A DNA stretch of 64,000 bases, taken from Minisyncoccota bacterium (GTDB taxonomy: Bacteria > Patescibacteriota > Minisyncoccia > Phycocordibacterales > UBA1006). The stretch covers positions 42,972 through 106,971 of the forward strand of contig JAQVEZ010000003.1 of NCBI GenBank assembly GCA_028697455.1. The letters are read 5' to 3'. This document shows positions 27,074 to 37,367 of the stretch, piece after piece. Each line of letters begins with the position of its first letter. Positions within the stretch are counted from its first letter, which is position 1. The translations under genes and the position numbers were made by a program. The notes under the pieces are model-generated. The model was not told the origin of the DNA. It saw only the letters and a program-made list of their open reading frames with translations, and made no database searches.

Positions 27074-29725
27074 CTAGACTAAATATTTTTTGAGGTATTT
27101 CCCAGTAAGTGAATCTTTATAAGACCTTACTTCTTCTGGTGTTCCTGTAGCAACAATACGCCCTCCCTCATCGCCAGACCGAGGGCCAAAGTCGATAATC
27201 TGATCAGCTGATTTAATAAAGTCCATATTATGCTCAATAACAACAACAGTATTCCCTTTATAAACAAGCTTCTGAATAATTTCTATAAGTCTTTTGACGT
27301 CATCAAAATGTAATCCAACCGTTGGCTCATCGAGAAGATATAATGTTTTTTCAAGTTGTGGTCGATAAAGCTCAGATGAAATTTTTATACGCTGTGACTC
27401 TCCTCCCGAAAGGGTATTTGCTTGTTGTCCGAGAGTAAGGTACCCCAAACCAGTTTCTAATAATATTTTCAAACGATCATGGATAGCAGGAATATCGTGG
27501 AAAAAATCTTCAGCCTCCTCAATAGTCATATCCAAAACATCAGAAATATTTTTACCCTTATAATAAACCTCAAGGGTTTCTTTGTCGTAACGTTTGCCAA
27601 GACAAACATCGCAAGTAACATAAACCGTTGGAAGGAACCCCATTTCAACAGCAATCGTTCCTCTCCCTTGGCAGGCCTCACAACGACCTCCTTTTGTATT
27701 AAAAGAAAATCTTCCAGGCCCCCAACCACGAATTTGTGCATCAATTGTTTCTGCAAAAAGTTCTCGAATATGAGTAAAGGCCCCGGTATAGGTTGCTGGG
27801 TTAGATCGTGGTGTTCTTCCAATAGGAGACTGGTCAAGAATAATTCCGCGAGAAATTTCCCCAAAACCATATGCAGTGTGGGCTCGAATGACCTCATTTG
27901 TTCTCTTTCTTCGTGAGAGACGCGCTTCCATATTTTTAGCCAACACTCCATGGACAAAAGAAGACTTCCCTGATCCTGAAACTCCCGTAATAACAACGAG
28001 TTTATTAAGGGGTATTTCTACATTAATGTTCTTAAGATTATTATAGACAACACCCTCAAGAGCAATAACTCCCTTGTCTTTTTTTCTTCTTGATTCAGGA
28101 AGAGGAATTGATTTTTCATGAGTGAGATATTGAAGTGTCAACGATTTCTTTATCTCTTTTGGAGATTGGAGAAGCTCTTGAAGAAAACCAGCAACAACAA
28201 CTTCCCCGCCATGATTTCCTGCGCCAGGACCTATCTCAACCAAATAATCTGAAGCAAAAATTGTCTCCTCATCATGCTCAACAACAATAATAGTATTCCC
28301 TCTGTCAGCAAGGTCTCTCAGGGTTCTAATCAACCGATTATTATCTGCTGCATGAAGTCCAATTGTTGGCTCATCGAGAACGTACATAGCGCCAACAAGC
28401 TGAGATCCTAATTGTGAGGCAAGGCGTATCCTCTGAGACTCTCCTCCAGAAAGGGTATGTGCTTTTCGATCGAGTGTTAAATAATCTAAACCAACGCTCA
28501 TCAAAAACTCAAGTCGATTCTCAATTTCTTTGAGGAGTGGTGCTGCAATAATTTTTTCGTTTTCTGTAAAATCAACCTCCGCCAAAAAAGCATAGGCATC
28601 TTGAATTTTCATGCTCACAAAATCATCGATATTCTTCCTTCCCTCTTCATCACCCACGACATTTCCCTCTTTGTCATATTTTCCAATAAAAACATGAAGA
28701 GCTTCTGGTCGTAACCGTGCCCCAAGACAAGCAGGACACACCTCCTCTCCAAAAAGATATTTTGTCCCAAGTCCATTACACGTCTCACACGCACCATAAG
28801 GAGAATTAAAAGAAAACAAACGTGGTTCAATTTCTGGAAAAACGTATCCATCTTCTGGGGAAATAAGTCGTGCTGACAAAAGCTTATCTTCAAGAACTTT
28901 TTCCTTTGGATCAGTGATTAACACACGTACCATTCCATCAGATTCAAAAAGCGCTTTTTCAATCGCCTCGTTCATCCGCAAACGAACATCTTCAGAATTA
29001 TTTTGAAATTCATGAATAAGAAAACTATCAACAAGAAAATCAATATCATGTTTTTTTGTTTTTGATAATTTTATTTGTTCTCGGAGACTTTTCATCTCCC
29101 CATCAACTCGCGCATAACTGTATCCTTTTCCGAGCATATCATAAAGGAGCTGATAATATTCTCCCTTCCTCCCTCGAATAACAGGAGTAAGAAGAGAAAC
29201 CTTTACCCCATCAACAGCAACTCCCATAAGTTTTCGGGAATTGTCTTTTTTATTTTCAAAAGTCTTCACCTCTTTAATAATAAAATCATAAATCTCTTGC
29301 CGAGTAAGTTTTCGAATACGCTTTCCAGAAAGAGGAGAAAAAGGTTGTCCAACACGAGCATAAAGAATCCTCAAATAATCATAAATTTCTGTTGTTGTGG
29401 CAACCGTTGAGCGAGGGTTGTTTGACCGTGTCTTTTGGTCAATTGAGATAGCGGGGGAAAGTCCTGTTATTTCATCAACTTCAGGTTTTTGCATTTGGTG
29501 AAGAAATTGTCGTGCATAGGAAGAAAGGGATTCAACATATCTTCTCTGCCCTTCTGCAAAAATAGTATCGAAGGCAAGCGAAGATTTACCAGAACCTGAA
29601 AGCCCTGTTATTACGGTCATTTTATTTCGTGGAATAGTGAGATTAATATTTTTGAGATTATTTGTCCGCGCTCCTTTGATAGTAATCCACTCTTGGTTAT
29701 ATTGGTTTTCTTTTTTTGTTGCCAT
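27074..29725 (-). CDS. uvrA: Excinuclease ABC subunit A (short, 883 aa)
   Basis: Two ABC ATPase modules ([23 protein letters not shown]… and GVSGSGKSS…) with zinc-finger CxxC pairs. Confidence 0.92.
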   Translation of the reverse strand: MATKKENQYNQEWITIKGARTNNLKNINLTIPRNKMTVITGLSGSGKSSLAFDTIFAEGQRRYVESLSSYARQFLHQMQKPEVDEITGLSPAISIDQKTRSNNPRSTVATTTEIYDYLRILYARVGQPFSPLSGKRIRKLTRQEIYDFIIKEVKTFENKKDNSRKLMGVAVDGVKVSLLTPVIRGRKGEYYQLLYDMLGKGYSYARVDGEMKSLREQIKLSKTKKHDIDFLVDSFLIHEFQNNSEDVRLRMNEAIEKALFESDGMVRVLITDPKEKVLEDKLLSARLISPEDGYVFPEIEPRLFSFNSPYGACETCNGLGTKYLFGEEVCPACLGARLRPEALHVFIGKYDKEGNVVGDEEGRKNIDDFVSMKIQDAYAFLAEVDFTENEKIIAAPLLKEIENRLEFLMSVGLDYLTLDRKAHTLSGGESQRIRLASQLGSQLVGAMYVLDEPTIGLHAADNNRLIRTLRDLADRGNTIIVVEHDEETIFASDYLVEIGPGAGNHGGEVVVAGFLQELLQSPKEIKKSLTLQYLTHEKSIPLPESRRKKDKGVIALEGVVYNNLKNINVEIPLNKLVVITGVSGSGKSSFVHGVLAKNMEARLSRRKRTNEVIRAHTAYGFGEISRGIILDQSPIGRTPRSNPATYTGAFTHIRELFAETIDAQIRGWGPGRFSFNTKGGRCEACQGRGTIAVEMGFLPTVYVTCDVCLGKRYDKETLEVYYKGKNISDVLDMTIEEAEDFFHDIPAIHDRLKILLETGLGYLTLGQQANTLSGGESQRIKISSELYRPQLEKTLYLLDEPTVGLHFDDVKRLIEIIQKLVYKGNTVVVIEHNMDFIKSADQIIDFGPRSGDEGGRIVATGTPEEVRSYKDSLTGKYLKKYLV

Positions 29726-29790
29726 AATAATAAATAGTTATTAATTAATTACTCTATACTCTCTTTTCTCAAAAAACAAAAATAGTTTTT

Positions 29791-31815
29791 CTATTTTTGT
29801 TTTTCCTGTTCTTCTAATTGAAAAATTTGATCCCGTACAATAGCAGCTCTTTCAAAATCAAGATCTTTTACGGCTTCACTCATCTCTTTCTTCTTATGTT
29901 TCAAAAGTTTTTTAATATTTCCAGAAAAAGTACTTATATCAATCTTCAGCTCTGAAGAAACGGCTTTTGAATGTTCCGACTGTAATTGTTCCGTGATATC
30001 TTTAATATTTTTCTGAATTGTTTTGGGGGTGATATTGTGGTCTTTGTTATATTGCTCTTGCAAAATACGACGTCTCTTTGTTTCCTTCATCGCAGCATCA
30101 AGAGCGTCGGTAAGTTTATCAGCATACACAATAACTTTTCCGTTCTCATTTCTCGCAGCTCTTCCAATTGTCTGTACCAACGCTGTTTCAGAACGTAGAA
30201 ACCCAACCTTATCAGCATCAAGAATCCCAATAAGAGAAACTTCTGGCATATCGAGTCCTTCCCGAAGGAGGTTTACCCCAATAAGAATATCAAAAAGGCC
30301 TTTTCGAAAATCAGTGATGATTTTAATTCTCTCAATAGTTTTAATATCACTATGAAGATATTCGGCCTTGATATTCCTTTCCTTAAGGTAGAGTGTGAGG
30401 TCTTCAGCCATTTTTTTTGTAAGTGTTGTTGCAAGAACTCTTCCCCCTTTTTGTATTTCCTCCTCAGAGGACTGAATAAAATCTTGGATCTGCCCCGGAT
30501 AAGAAGACTCTTCAATGACTTCAACGGGTCGCAACTCAACAACAGGATCAAGAAGCCCTGTTGGTCGAATGATTTGCTCAACAACAGACTCGGAAACTTC
30601 CCGTTCGTAAGAAGAAGGTGTTGCTGAAACATAAATTTGCTGTCCAACCCTTTCTTCAAACTCTTCAAATCGTAAGGGTCGATTGTCCTTAGCACTTGGA
30701 AGTCGAAAGCCGTGTTCGATGAGATTTTCTTTTCGTGCTCGGTCTCCACGAAACATAGCACGAATCTGAGGAAGCGTAACATGCGACTCATCAATAATTG
30801 TCAGAAAATCTGGTTCACCATTTTCTTTTTTAGGAAAATAGGAAAGCAAGGTGTCAGGAGCCTCTCCTTCTTTTTTACCAGAAAGATGTCGAGAATAATT
30901 CTCGATTCCAGAGCAATACCCAACCTCTCGAATCATAGCCATATCATACTCAGTTCTCCTCTTGAGCCTATCGTACTCAAGATATTTATCTTGAGATTGA
31001 AAAAAAGCCAAGCGCTCATCAAGCTCCTCTTTGATTTGTTTAAGTGCCCTCTCTTTTTGATTTTCATTAGTAAGAAAATGTTTTGCTGGAAAGATAAGAG
31101 CTTCGAGAAGCTCCTCTTGATAAATCCCTGAAATAGCTTGAACACGGGTAATCTTTTCGATAGCTCCGCCAGAAAGATTTACGTGGTAGTAAAACTCATC
31201 AGAATCAACTGGCATAATATCAAGGGAATTACTTGTAGAACGAAAAGCTCCTGGTTTTAAATCTGCGGGAGTACGCTCAAAGTGTATATCAACAAGCTTC
31301 TTCATAATATCTATTTTTGACAAATGATCTCCCTGTTTTAGTAAAAAATTTCTTTCAAAATACTCTTCTGGAGACCCGAGTCCATAAATACAAGAAACCG
31401 AAGCGACAATAATAACATCAGACCGAGACAGGAGTGATTGAGTTGAGGCATGACGTAAACGGTCAATCTCCTCATTGATTTGAGCATCTTTTTCAATATA
31501 AGTATCACTCGCAGCAATATATGCTTCTGGTTGGTAGTAATCGTAATACGAAACAAAGTAATGAACAGCATTATGAGGAAAAAACTCCTTAAATTCTTGC
31601 GCAAGCTGAGCTGCAAGCGTTTTATTATGAGCAATCACCAATGTTGGCTTCCCAATTTCTTGAATAACATTTGCCATAGTAAAAGTCTTCCCTGAGCCCG
31701 TAACCCCAAGAAGTGTTTGTTTGTGTTCTCCTTTATAAAGCCCTCGAAGTAAAGAAGATATTGCCTCAGGTTGGTCTCCCGAAGGTTTATATGGTGACTC
31801 AAGTCGAAATGTCAT
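29791..31815 (-). CDS. uvrB: Excinuclease ABC subunit B
   Basis: Helicase motifs GVTGSGKTFT…, DESH, and a C-terminal UVR domain DLDFERAAIVRDQIFQLEE. The start was set at MTFRLESPY, which has TATAGT 6 nt upstream. Confidence 0.92.
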   Translation of the reverse strand: MTFRLESPYKPSGDQPEAISSLLRGLYKGEHKQTLLGVTGSGKTFTMANVIQEIGKPTLVIAHNKTLAAQLAQEFKEFFPHNAVHYFVSYYDYYQPEAYIAASDTYIEKDAQINEEIDRLRHASTQSLLSRSDVIIVASVSCIYGLGSPEEYFERNFLLKQGDHLSKIDIMKKLVDIHFERTPADLKPGAFRSTSNSLDIMPVDSDEFYYHVNLSGGAIEKITRVQAISGIYQEELLEALIFPAKHFLTNENQKERALKQIKEELDERLAFFQSQDKYLEYDRLKRRTEYDMAMIREVGYCSGIENYSRHLSGKKEGEAPDTLLSYFPKKENGEPDFLTIIDESHVTLPQIRAMFRGDRARKENLIEHGFRLPSAKDNRPLRFEEFEERVGQQIYVSATPSSYEREVSESVVEQIIRPTGLLDPVVELRPVEVIEESSYPGQIQDFIQSSEEEIQKGGRVLATTLTKKMAEDLTLYLKERNIKAEYLHSDIKTIERIKIITDFRKGLFDILIGVNLLREGLDMPEVSLIGILDADKVGFLRSETALVQTIGRAARNENGKVIVYADKLTDALDAAMKETKRRRILQEQYNKDHNITPKTIQKNIKDITEQLQSEHSKAVSSELKIDISTFSGNIKKLLKHKKKEMSEAVKDLDFERAAIVRDQIFQLEEQEKQK

Positions 31816-31870
31816 ATTGTTACTATACTCGTTTCTTTTCAAATGAAAAATAACGATTACACTTATAATA

Positions 31871-32155
31871 ATGAGAGGCTCAAAAACAACGGCGCTTGCC
31901 CCTGTAAGGGTGGTGAATAATCTTTTAAAGAAATACAAAATAACCGAAACAAGTTTTGGTATTATTGTTCCGGTAAAAGAAAGAAGGAGTTCTCAAATTG
32001 CTATCAAATATCATTTTGCCTCAGGATGTCATCTCCTTACTTTTGTAAACAAGCGATACAAACAGGAATATCGTATTTATGACAAAATATCAAAAAAGGA
32101 TTTGCTCTCACTCTTAAAAGATAATCTAGGAGAACAATACATCATAAAAGAATAA
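31871..32155 (+). CDS. hypothetical protein
   Basis: 94-aa ORF with no recognised domain. Confidence 0.3.
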   Translation: MRGSKTTALAPVRVVNNLLKKYKITETSFGIIVPVKERRSSQIAIKYHFASGCHLLTFVNKRYKQEYRIYDKISKKDLLSLLKDNLGEQYIIKE

Positions 32156-32161
32156 AAGCAA

Positions 32162-32560
32162 TTAACACCCCGTTGCTTCGCGATATCCTTGATTGAGAGC
32201 TTGTTCAAGATTTGCAAAGAAAATTTTATTTTCTTCTTTTATGGTGTTTCCACGAGAGCAGCCGACCGGATATACGACACTTCCATTTTTTGACGCAAAA
32301 TATTCTAAATATTGTTGTTTTGCTGTTTGATACTTTTTCCACAACGCGATAGCTTCTTCAGATCGTTGATATTGAGGCTCCATAGCATCCCGCATTCTTT
32401 TTTGTTCATAATCAATTCCAAGAGAAAACATAAAGACAAAACCAGCAAATACCGCAATTCCCAGACTTATATCCCCAAGAAAAGTAATACTTTCAAGTCC
32501 CTTGATTTTTTGTTTCAAAATGTCTATAATCTCCATGTTACTCTTTTGTGATAGCACCAT
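32162..32560 (-). CDS. hypothetical small membrane protein
   Basis: One TM LGIAVFAGFVFMFSLGI. The start is uncertain: 32560 or 32536. Confidence 0.35.
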   Translation of the reverse strand: MVLSQKSNMEIIDILKQKIKGLESITFLGDISLGIAVFAGFVFMFSLGIDYEQKRMRDAMEPQYQRSEEAIALWKKYQTAKQQYLEYFASKNGSVVYPVGCSRGNTIKEENKIFFANLEQALNQGYREATGC

Positions 32561-32611
32561 TAACTATCACAATAAAATATATTTATAAGATAAGTATACT
32601 GAAAATAATTT

Positions 32612-32890
32612 ATGGCAACAAGGAAAGCTGGAGGATCGGCAAAAAACTTACGCGATTCAAATCCAAAATATCTCGGAGTAAAACTTGCTGACGGACAACA
32701 AGCACAAACAGGCGCAATTATTGTTCGGCAACGCGGAACAAAAATAATGCCCGGAGAAAATGTTGGAGTAGGAAGAGATCACAGTCTCTTTGCTCTCAAG
32801 GAAGGGATTGTTCGTTTTTCATCAAAAAGAAAAACCCATTTCGACGGAAAGACTATTATTAAAAAAGTCGTTTCAGTACTCTCAGAATAA
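32612..32890 (+). CDS. rpmA: 50S ribosomal protein L27
   Basis: [24 protein letters not shown]…[26 protein letters not shown]. Confidence 0.93.
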   Translation: MATRKAGGSAKNLRDSNPKYLGVKLADGQQAQTGAIIVRQRGTKIMPGENVGVGRDHSLFALKEGIVRFSSKRKTHFDGKTIIKKVVSVLSE

Positions 32891-32925
32891 AAATACCTGT
32901 CTCAACGAGACGGGTATTTTTATTT
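32891..32925 (+). terminator. intrinsic terminator (ATACCTGTCTC-AAC-GAGACGGGTAT followed by a T-run)
   Basis: Perfect 11-bp stem directly after the rpmA stop. Confidence 0.8.
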
Positions 32926-33508
32926 ATTTATTTTCTTGAATATTTTTTACAACGCTTTCAATAAAATTGAGAACGTCTCCAATTTCGTTATAAATAATAG
33001 AAATATTTCCTGAGCTTCGATTAAGTCCTAATCGCTCTCGACAAAAAGATGTTACCGTATCACTACAAAAACGAACTCCTGCCAATCGAGTCTGAGAAGG
33101 AAACGCAATTGCTCTCAAGGGAAATGCGTAACAATACCCGGAACAGTCTCCGTCTCCAAAAAGGTCTGGAAGTTTCTCTCCTCCTTTATTAAGGAACCAT
33201 TCGCCCGTGCTGTTCTGAGTATCACCATCGCCTCCTCCGGCTTTTGTTGCCTCACCACGTGTAGTTGTCCCATCACCAGCAGAATCTACGCCTCCTGCAT
33301 AAGCAGAGCCATCCCCCGCACCATTGGTTGCGCTATAAGGAATCCCATCACCAAGCCCCGTATAAAAATCTAGAACATGAGGAAGGCCTGATGAAGAGCT
33401 TGATGTTTGTGCAACAGCTTTGTTTATCTCGGGATTAAAAAGAGTAAAAACCAATACGAAGGCAAGCCCAAAAAGCCCTCCGATAATCATTTTGCTATTT
33501 ATTTTCAT
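32924..33508 (-). CDS. Secreted Gly/Asp-rich protein carrying the same two-cysteine C-terminal domain family as the BNR paralogs (short member)
   Basis: Signal peptide MKINSKMIIGGLFGLAFVLVF. The C-terminus …VRFCSDTVTSFCRERLGLNRSSGNISIIYNEIGDVLNFIESVVKNIQENK aligns with RFCSAGVTTFCRPQNGF…IYTELLGLYQQLLSAMQGQEN. TGGTATAAT lies 7 nt upstream of the ATG. Confidence 0.55.
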   Translation of the reverse strand: MKINSKMIIGGLFGLAFVLVFTLFNPEINKAVAQTSSSSSGLPHVLDFYTGLGDGIPYSATNGAGDGSAYAGGVDSAGDGTTTRGEATKAGGGDGDTQNSTGEWFLNKGGEKLPDLFGDGDCSGYCYAFPLRAIAFPSQTRLAGVRFCSDTVTSFCRERLGLNRSSGNISIIYNEIGDVLNFIESVVKNIQENK

Positions 33509-33559
33509 AACGAGAATTATACCACTAAAAAGAAAAAAGACTCAAGTCTTTTGTTTCTC

Positions 33560-33868
33560 TTATTGAGAGTTTTGTTCTTCAAGAAGCGCAGCACAGTGAT
33601 CACAAACAAGGAATGCCTTTTTTCGAATATGAGCGTAAGAAAAAATAGAATAAAAAATTGATAAAGAAACGAGTATATATAAGCCCCCTCCAATAACTCG
33701 AAGAACAGGGTGAAGTCCATGAATAATGCTCAGAATATCAACTCCTGCTATGATAGCGATTCCAAAAACAGCCATATCAAGAGCCACAAGAAAAACGACA
33801 AATCGAAACCATTTTTTATGGAACCAAGATTTACAAACTTTCTTTTTCATACTTTTTAAGTATACCAA
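33560..33868 (-). CDS. small polytopic membrane protein with a C-terminal CxxC
   Basis: Two to three hydrophobic helices, then C-terminal CDHCAALLEE. Confidence 0.4.
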   Translation of the reverse strand: MVYLKSMKKKVCKSWFHKKWFRFVVFLVALDMAVFGIAIIAGVDILSIIHGLHPVLRVIGGGLYILVSLSIFYSIFSYAHIRKKAFLVCDHCAALLEEQNSQ

Positions 33869-34040
33869 AAAATAAAAGACAATACCACCCAGATGAGCCC
33901 ATTTCTATTGACTTTTAGAGGAAAGTGGTTAAACTTTAGTTTATATATGAGTGATGAGATTTCTTCTCATCCTTTTTACAAAGAGTAAAAACGCATATAT
34001 TTCTAATTACTTACATTATTGATTTAATTTTAAAAAAGTT

Positions 34041-34568
34041 TTGAGTACAAAAGATAGCGAACGATTAAAAATAAACGAAGGAATACGAGCTCCAGAATTG
34101 CGAGTTCTCTTTGAGGATGGAGAGTCCAAAATCATGACACGTGAAGATGCGCTCTCTCTCGCACAAGAACTTGGGTTAGATCTTATCGAGATCACCGCAA
34201 AGGCAAACCCTCCTGTAGCAAAAATTACTGACTACGGAAAATTCGTTTACGATCAAAAGAAAAAACAAAAAGAAATTAAATCACGACAGACAAATTTTGA
34301 AGTAAAAAGTATCCAAATACGTACCGGAACTGGAGAAGCTGATCTCAAAATGAAGGCAAAGCAAGCGTCAAAATGGCTTGCCGAAGGACACCGCGTTAAA
34401 GCTGAACTCTATCTACGAGGACGAAGCAAGTATATGGAAAAATCTTTTTTAGAGAATCGCTTACAGGCGCTACTTGATCTCATAGATGAGAGCTACAAAG
34501 TTGTCGAAGATTATAAGCAAAGTCCAAAAGGAATTGCTATTCTGGTAGAAGCAGAAAAGAAGAAATAA
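34041..34568 (+). CDS. infC: Translation initiation factor IF-3 (non-ATG TTG start)
   Basis: …IRAPELRVLFEDGESKIMTREDALSLAQELGLDLIEITAKANPPVAKITDYGKF… plus the IF3 C-domain, in the infC-rpmI-rplT operon. Confidence 0.88.
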   Translation: MSTKDSERLKINEGIRAPELRVLFEDGESKIMTREDALSLAQELGLDLIEITAKANPPVAKITDYGKFVYDQKKKQKEIKSRQTNFEVKSIQIRTGTGEADLKMKAKQASKWLAEGHRVKAELYLRGRSKYMEKSFLENRLQALLDLIDESYKVVEDYKQSPKGIAILVEAEKKK

Positions 34569-34569
34569 T

Positions 34570-34749
34570 ATGAAAACAAACAAATCCTATACAAAAAGAA
34601 TTAAACTCACCAAAAATGGAAAACTCAAAGTGAGAGCAAAAGGACAAAACCACTTCAATGCGAAAGAAAGTGGAAACACTACTCGTTCAAAACGAGGAAC
34701 TAAAAATGATTTTAATATGAGCAACAAACACATTGCTCGGTTTATGTAA
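34570..34749 (+). CDS. rpmI: 50S ribosomal protein L35 (59 aa; absent from the ORF track)
   Basis: Manual translation gives MKTNKSYTKRIKLTKNGKLKVRAKGQNHFNAKESGNTTRSKRGTKNDFNMSNKHIARFM. It is a small basic protein sitting between infC and rplT as expected. Confidence 0.7.
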   Translation: MKTNKSYTKRIKLTKNGKLKVRAKGQNHFNAKESGNTTRSKRGTKNDFNMSNKHIARFM

Positions 34750-34754
34750 TATAT

Positions 34755-35099
34755 ATGTCACGAGTTAAACGAGGAACTATCAAGAACAAATCACGAAAAA
34801 ATGTTCTTGCACAAGTAAAGGGATATCGATTCGGACGAAGCACCAAAAAGCGATCTGCAAATGATGCCATCGCACATGCAGGAGCAAATGCTTTTAATCA
34901 CCGAAAAGATAAAAAATCTGATTTTAGACGTCTTTGGAATATCAAAATTAACGCCGAAGCAAGAAAGTACGATCTTTCTTACAGCAGACTCATTGATAAG
35001 CTCAAGAAAAACAATATCGGACTCAATCGAAAGATGTTAGCTGATCTTGCAGAAAATGCACCTGCTACATTCAAGCGAGTTGTTGAGAATCTTAAATAA
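34755..35099 (+). CDS. rplT: 50S ribosomal protein L20
   Basis: MSRVKRGTIKNKSRKNVLAQVKGYRFGRS…. Confidence 0.93.
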   Translation: MSRVKRGTIKNKSRKNVLAQVKGYRFGRSTKKRSANDAIAHAGANAFNHRKDKKSDFRRLWNIKINAEARKYDLSYSRLIDKLKKNNIGLNRKMLADLAENAPATFKRVVENLK

Positions 35100-35135
35100 A
35101 AAAACCGCTTTCAAAAGCGTGTTTTTTATTTTGCA

Positions 35136-35723
35136 CTAAGAAGAAATTTGATAAGCTTGCGCTCTATTTTTCTTTGCTCTTTTTATCAGTTGTTGCACCA
35201 ATCGCTTTGGATCGTTATCAAAAATAATTCGACTTTGATCAAACTCTCCTTCATAATCCTTAAGAAGGTTAAAGAGAATTTCATCAGTATCCCAATCACC
35301 TCGTAAAATACCAATTGGCTTATTCTCCTGAAAGGCGACCCAAAAATCATGAATAGTTTCAGCTCCACCGTAACCAAAAATAATAGCATCAGACGAACGA
35401 GACAAGAGGAGATTCGCCCCAACAAAACCAAAACCAGAATAAATAATCATATCCATATATTTAGTCGGAAGATGATAAACCTGATGGTGCTCCTCTTCGT
35501 TTGTCGCAGGAGAAAAACCAATCACCTGCCCCCCTTTTGCTGAGGCCCCTTTCGCAACCCAAAAAGGAAATCCAGTACTTGCCGAAATTGTTAAGATACA
35601 ATTTTGCTCAGCAATAATCTCTCCAAGTCGATTGGCATCTTCAATATAATCAAAAGACCTTGAATACTGACTCGTTCGAGCGCCATAGACAGAAAGAGAA
35701 ATTTTTTTAGATGAAGCATCCAT
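35136..35723 (-). CDS. Rossmann-fold SLOG/LOG-like (TIGR00725-like) protein
   Basis: Weak similarity in …AIIFGYGGAETIHDFWVAF… and the overall length; this is a low-confidence family call. Confidence 0.3.
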   Translation of the reverse strand: MDASSKKISLSVYGARTSQYSRSFDYIEDANRLGEIIAEQNCILTISASTGFPFWVAKGASAKGGQVIGFSPATNEEEHHQVYHLPTKYMDMIIYSGFGFVGANLLLSRSSDAIIFGYGGAETIHDFWVAFQENKPIGILRGDWDTDEILFNLLKDYEGEFDQSRIIFDNDPKRLVQQLIKRAKKNRAQAYQISS

Positions 35724-35745
35724 AAATACACCCCAAGTATACCAC

Positions 35746-37137
35746 CTAATTCATATCGAGAACAACGCTCTCGTTAACATCAGGAGCTGTTGCCTTAATA
35801 CCTAAATAATCTCGAATACGTTGCACAAGAAAAAGAGAAGATTTTAATTCTCCCATAGCAACAAAAACATGCTTAAGTTTTTGTGATGACTGGTTCACAA
35901 AGTCAAGAAGGCCTTGCGAATCTTTGTGTGCAGAATACCCAGAAATTGTTTCAATCTTTGCACGAACAGGGATTTCTTTCCCCAAAATAGTTACTTTCTT
36001 TGCACCATCTTGAATAATTCTCCCAAGCGTTCCTACCGACTGATATCCGACAAACAAAACAAGCGTCGAAGGATCACCGAGATATTGTTTGTGATGATGT
36101 ATGATTCTCCCTGCATGACTCATTCCCGCACTTGAGATGATAATCTTTGGGCCTTTTTGTCTCAAGATAGATTTTGAATCGTCTATAGTATAGGTTTCTT
36201 TCAAACCAGGAAAAGAAAAAATATCTGTGTCCTCCTTCATGCGATTTTGAATATCTGAATTAAAAAGATAGGAGTGTTTACGAAAAATATCAGTAACATC
36301 AATTCCCAAGGGTGTATCAAGGAAAATAGGAAGCTCAGGAACTTCCTTTTTTTCAATGAGTTCATTCAAGAGAAAGAGCAGAACCTGTGTTCGCTCAAGT
36401 GCAAAAGACGGGATCAAGAGTGTTCCTTTCTTTGCAATGGTTTCAAGAACAGCATTTCTCAAAAGAGGAATACGATCCTCTCGATTTTCGTGATTACGGT
36501 CTCCATACACAGATTCAATCACCATGTAATCGACCCCTTCTGGGATCTCAGTATCTTTGAGAAGAATATCAGGAGAATTTCCAAGATCTCCCGTAAAGAC
36601 TATTTTTTTATTTCCATAACTAAAAACAGCCATAGCAGAACCGAGAATATGCCCAGCATCAAAAAGGCTCACTTTTAGCTCTTCACCAAAAGGGATATCA
36701 GAATGAAGGGGTACGTGTTTCCAGAGAGACAGTGCTTTCTTGAGATCAGCTTCGCTATAGTAAGGCTCTTCTCCTTTTTTCTGTGCCTCAAAACTTACAA
36801 TCTCAAAAGCATCTTTGAGCATGAGTTTGGCAAGATCATACGTCGCTTCAGTAGAATAAATTGTTCCCTTAAAACCATCACGAACGAGTTTTGGGATTCT
36901 CCCAATATGGTCAGCATGGGCATGAGTCACCACGAGGGCATCAATGTCCTGAGGATTATAAGCAAAGTCTTCTTTATTTAACTTTTCAGATTCTTCACCT
37001 CCTTGAAACATTCCACAGTCAACAAGTATCTTGACTCCTTGGGTCTTCTTATCGGGGAGCGTTTCAAGAAGAAAATTCGCTCCCGTAACCCAACCAACAC
37101 CACCATAAAAAGTCAATTTCATTTTATAATCCTTCAT
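35746..37137 (-). CDS. MBL-fold metallo-hydrolase with beta-CASP domain (RNase J / CPSF-like RNA nuclease)
   Basis: Metallo-beta-lactamase motif VTHAHADHIGRIP plus later D/H motifs of the beta-CASP family. The start was set at MKDYKMKLTFYGG because TGTTATACT lies 10 nt upstream. Confidence 0.7.
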   Translation of the reverse strand: MKDYKMKLTFYGGVGWVTGANFLLETLPDKKTQGVKILVDCGMFQGGEESEKLNKEDFAYNPQDIDALVVTHAHADHIGRIPKLVRDGFKGTIYSTEATYDLAKLMLKDAFEIVSFEAQKKGEEPYYSEADLKKALSLWKHVPLHSDIPFGEELKVSLFDAGHILGSAMAVFSYGNKKIVFTGDLGNSPDILLKDTEIPEGVDYMVIESVYGDRNHENREDRIPLLRNAVLETIAKKGTLLIPSFALERTQVLLFLLNELIEKKEVPELPIFLDTPLGIDVTDIFRKHSYLFNSDIQNRMKEDTDIFSFPGLKETYTIDDSKSILRQKGPKIIISSAGMSHAGRIIHHHKQYLGDPSTLVLFVGYQSVGTLGRIIQDGAKKVTILGKEIPVRAKIETISGYSAHKDSQGLLDFVNQSSQKLKHVFVAMGELKSSLFLVQRIRDYLGIKATAPDVNESVVLDMN

Positions 37138-37367
37138 AGATGAAAACAGTATAACACGAAACACCCCTTCCATTCAAAAAAACCCTCCAAAGAAGGTTTT
37201 TTTGTGTAGCTTTGAATTTAAGAACATTGACATAAAGCCAAGTGGGATTCAGAAATTATAAACCAAGATTTACAACTATCAAGATTCCCGTGTTCAAAGT
37301 GTTTCAAAGTCTTTGCATTCAAAGACTACACCTTAAGTATAGCACAATCCAAAACAAAAAACAGCTC

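Noticed and set aside
35136-35723. Calling this ORF a lysine-decarboxylase-like LOG enzyme or DprA
   Set aside because: Only weak motif resemblance is visible (GYGGAET…) and the canonical LOG GGGxGxME is not present, so it is kept as a low-confidence SLOG-like Rossmann protein.
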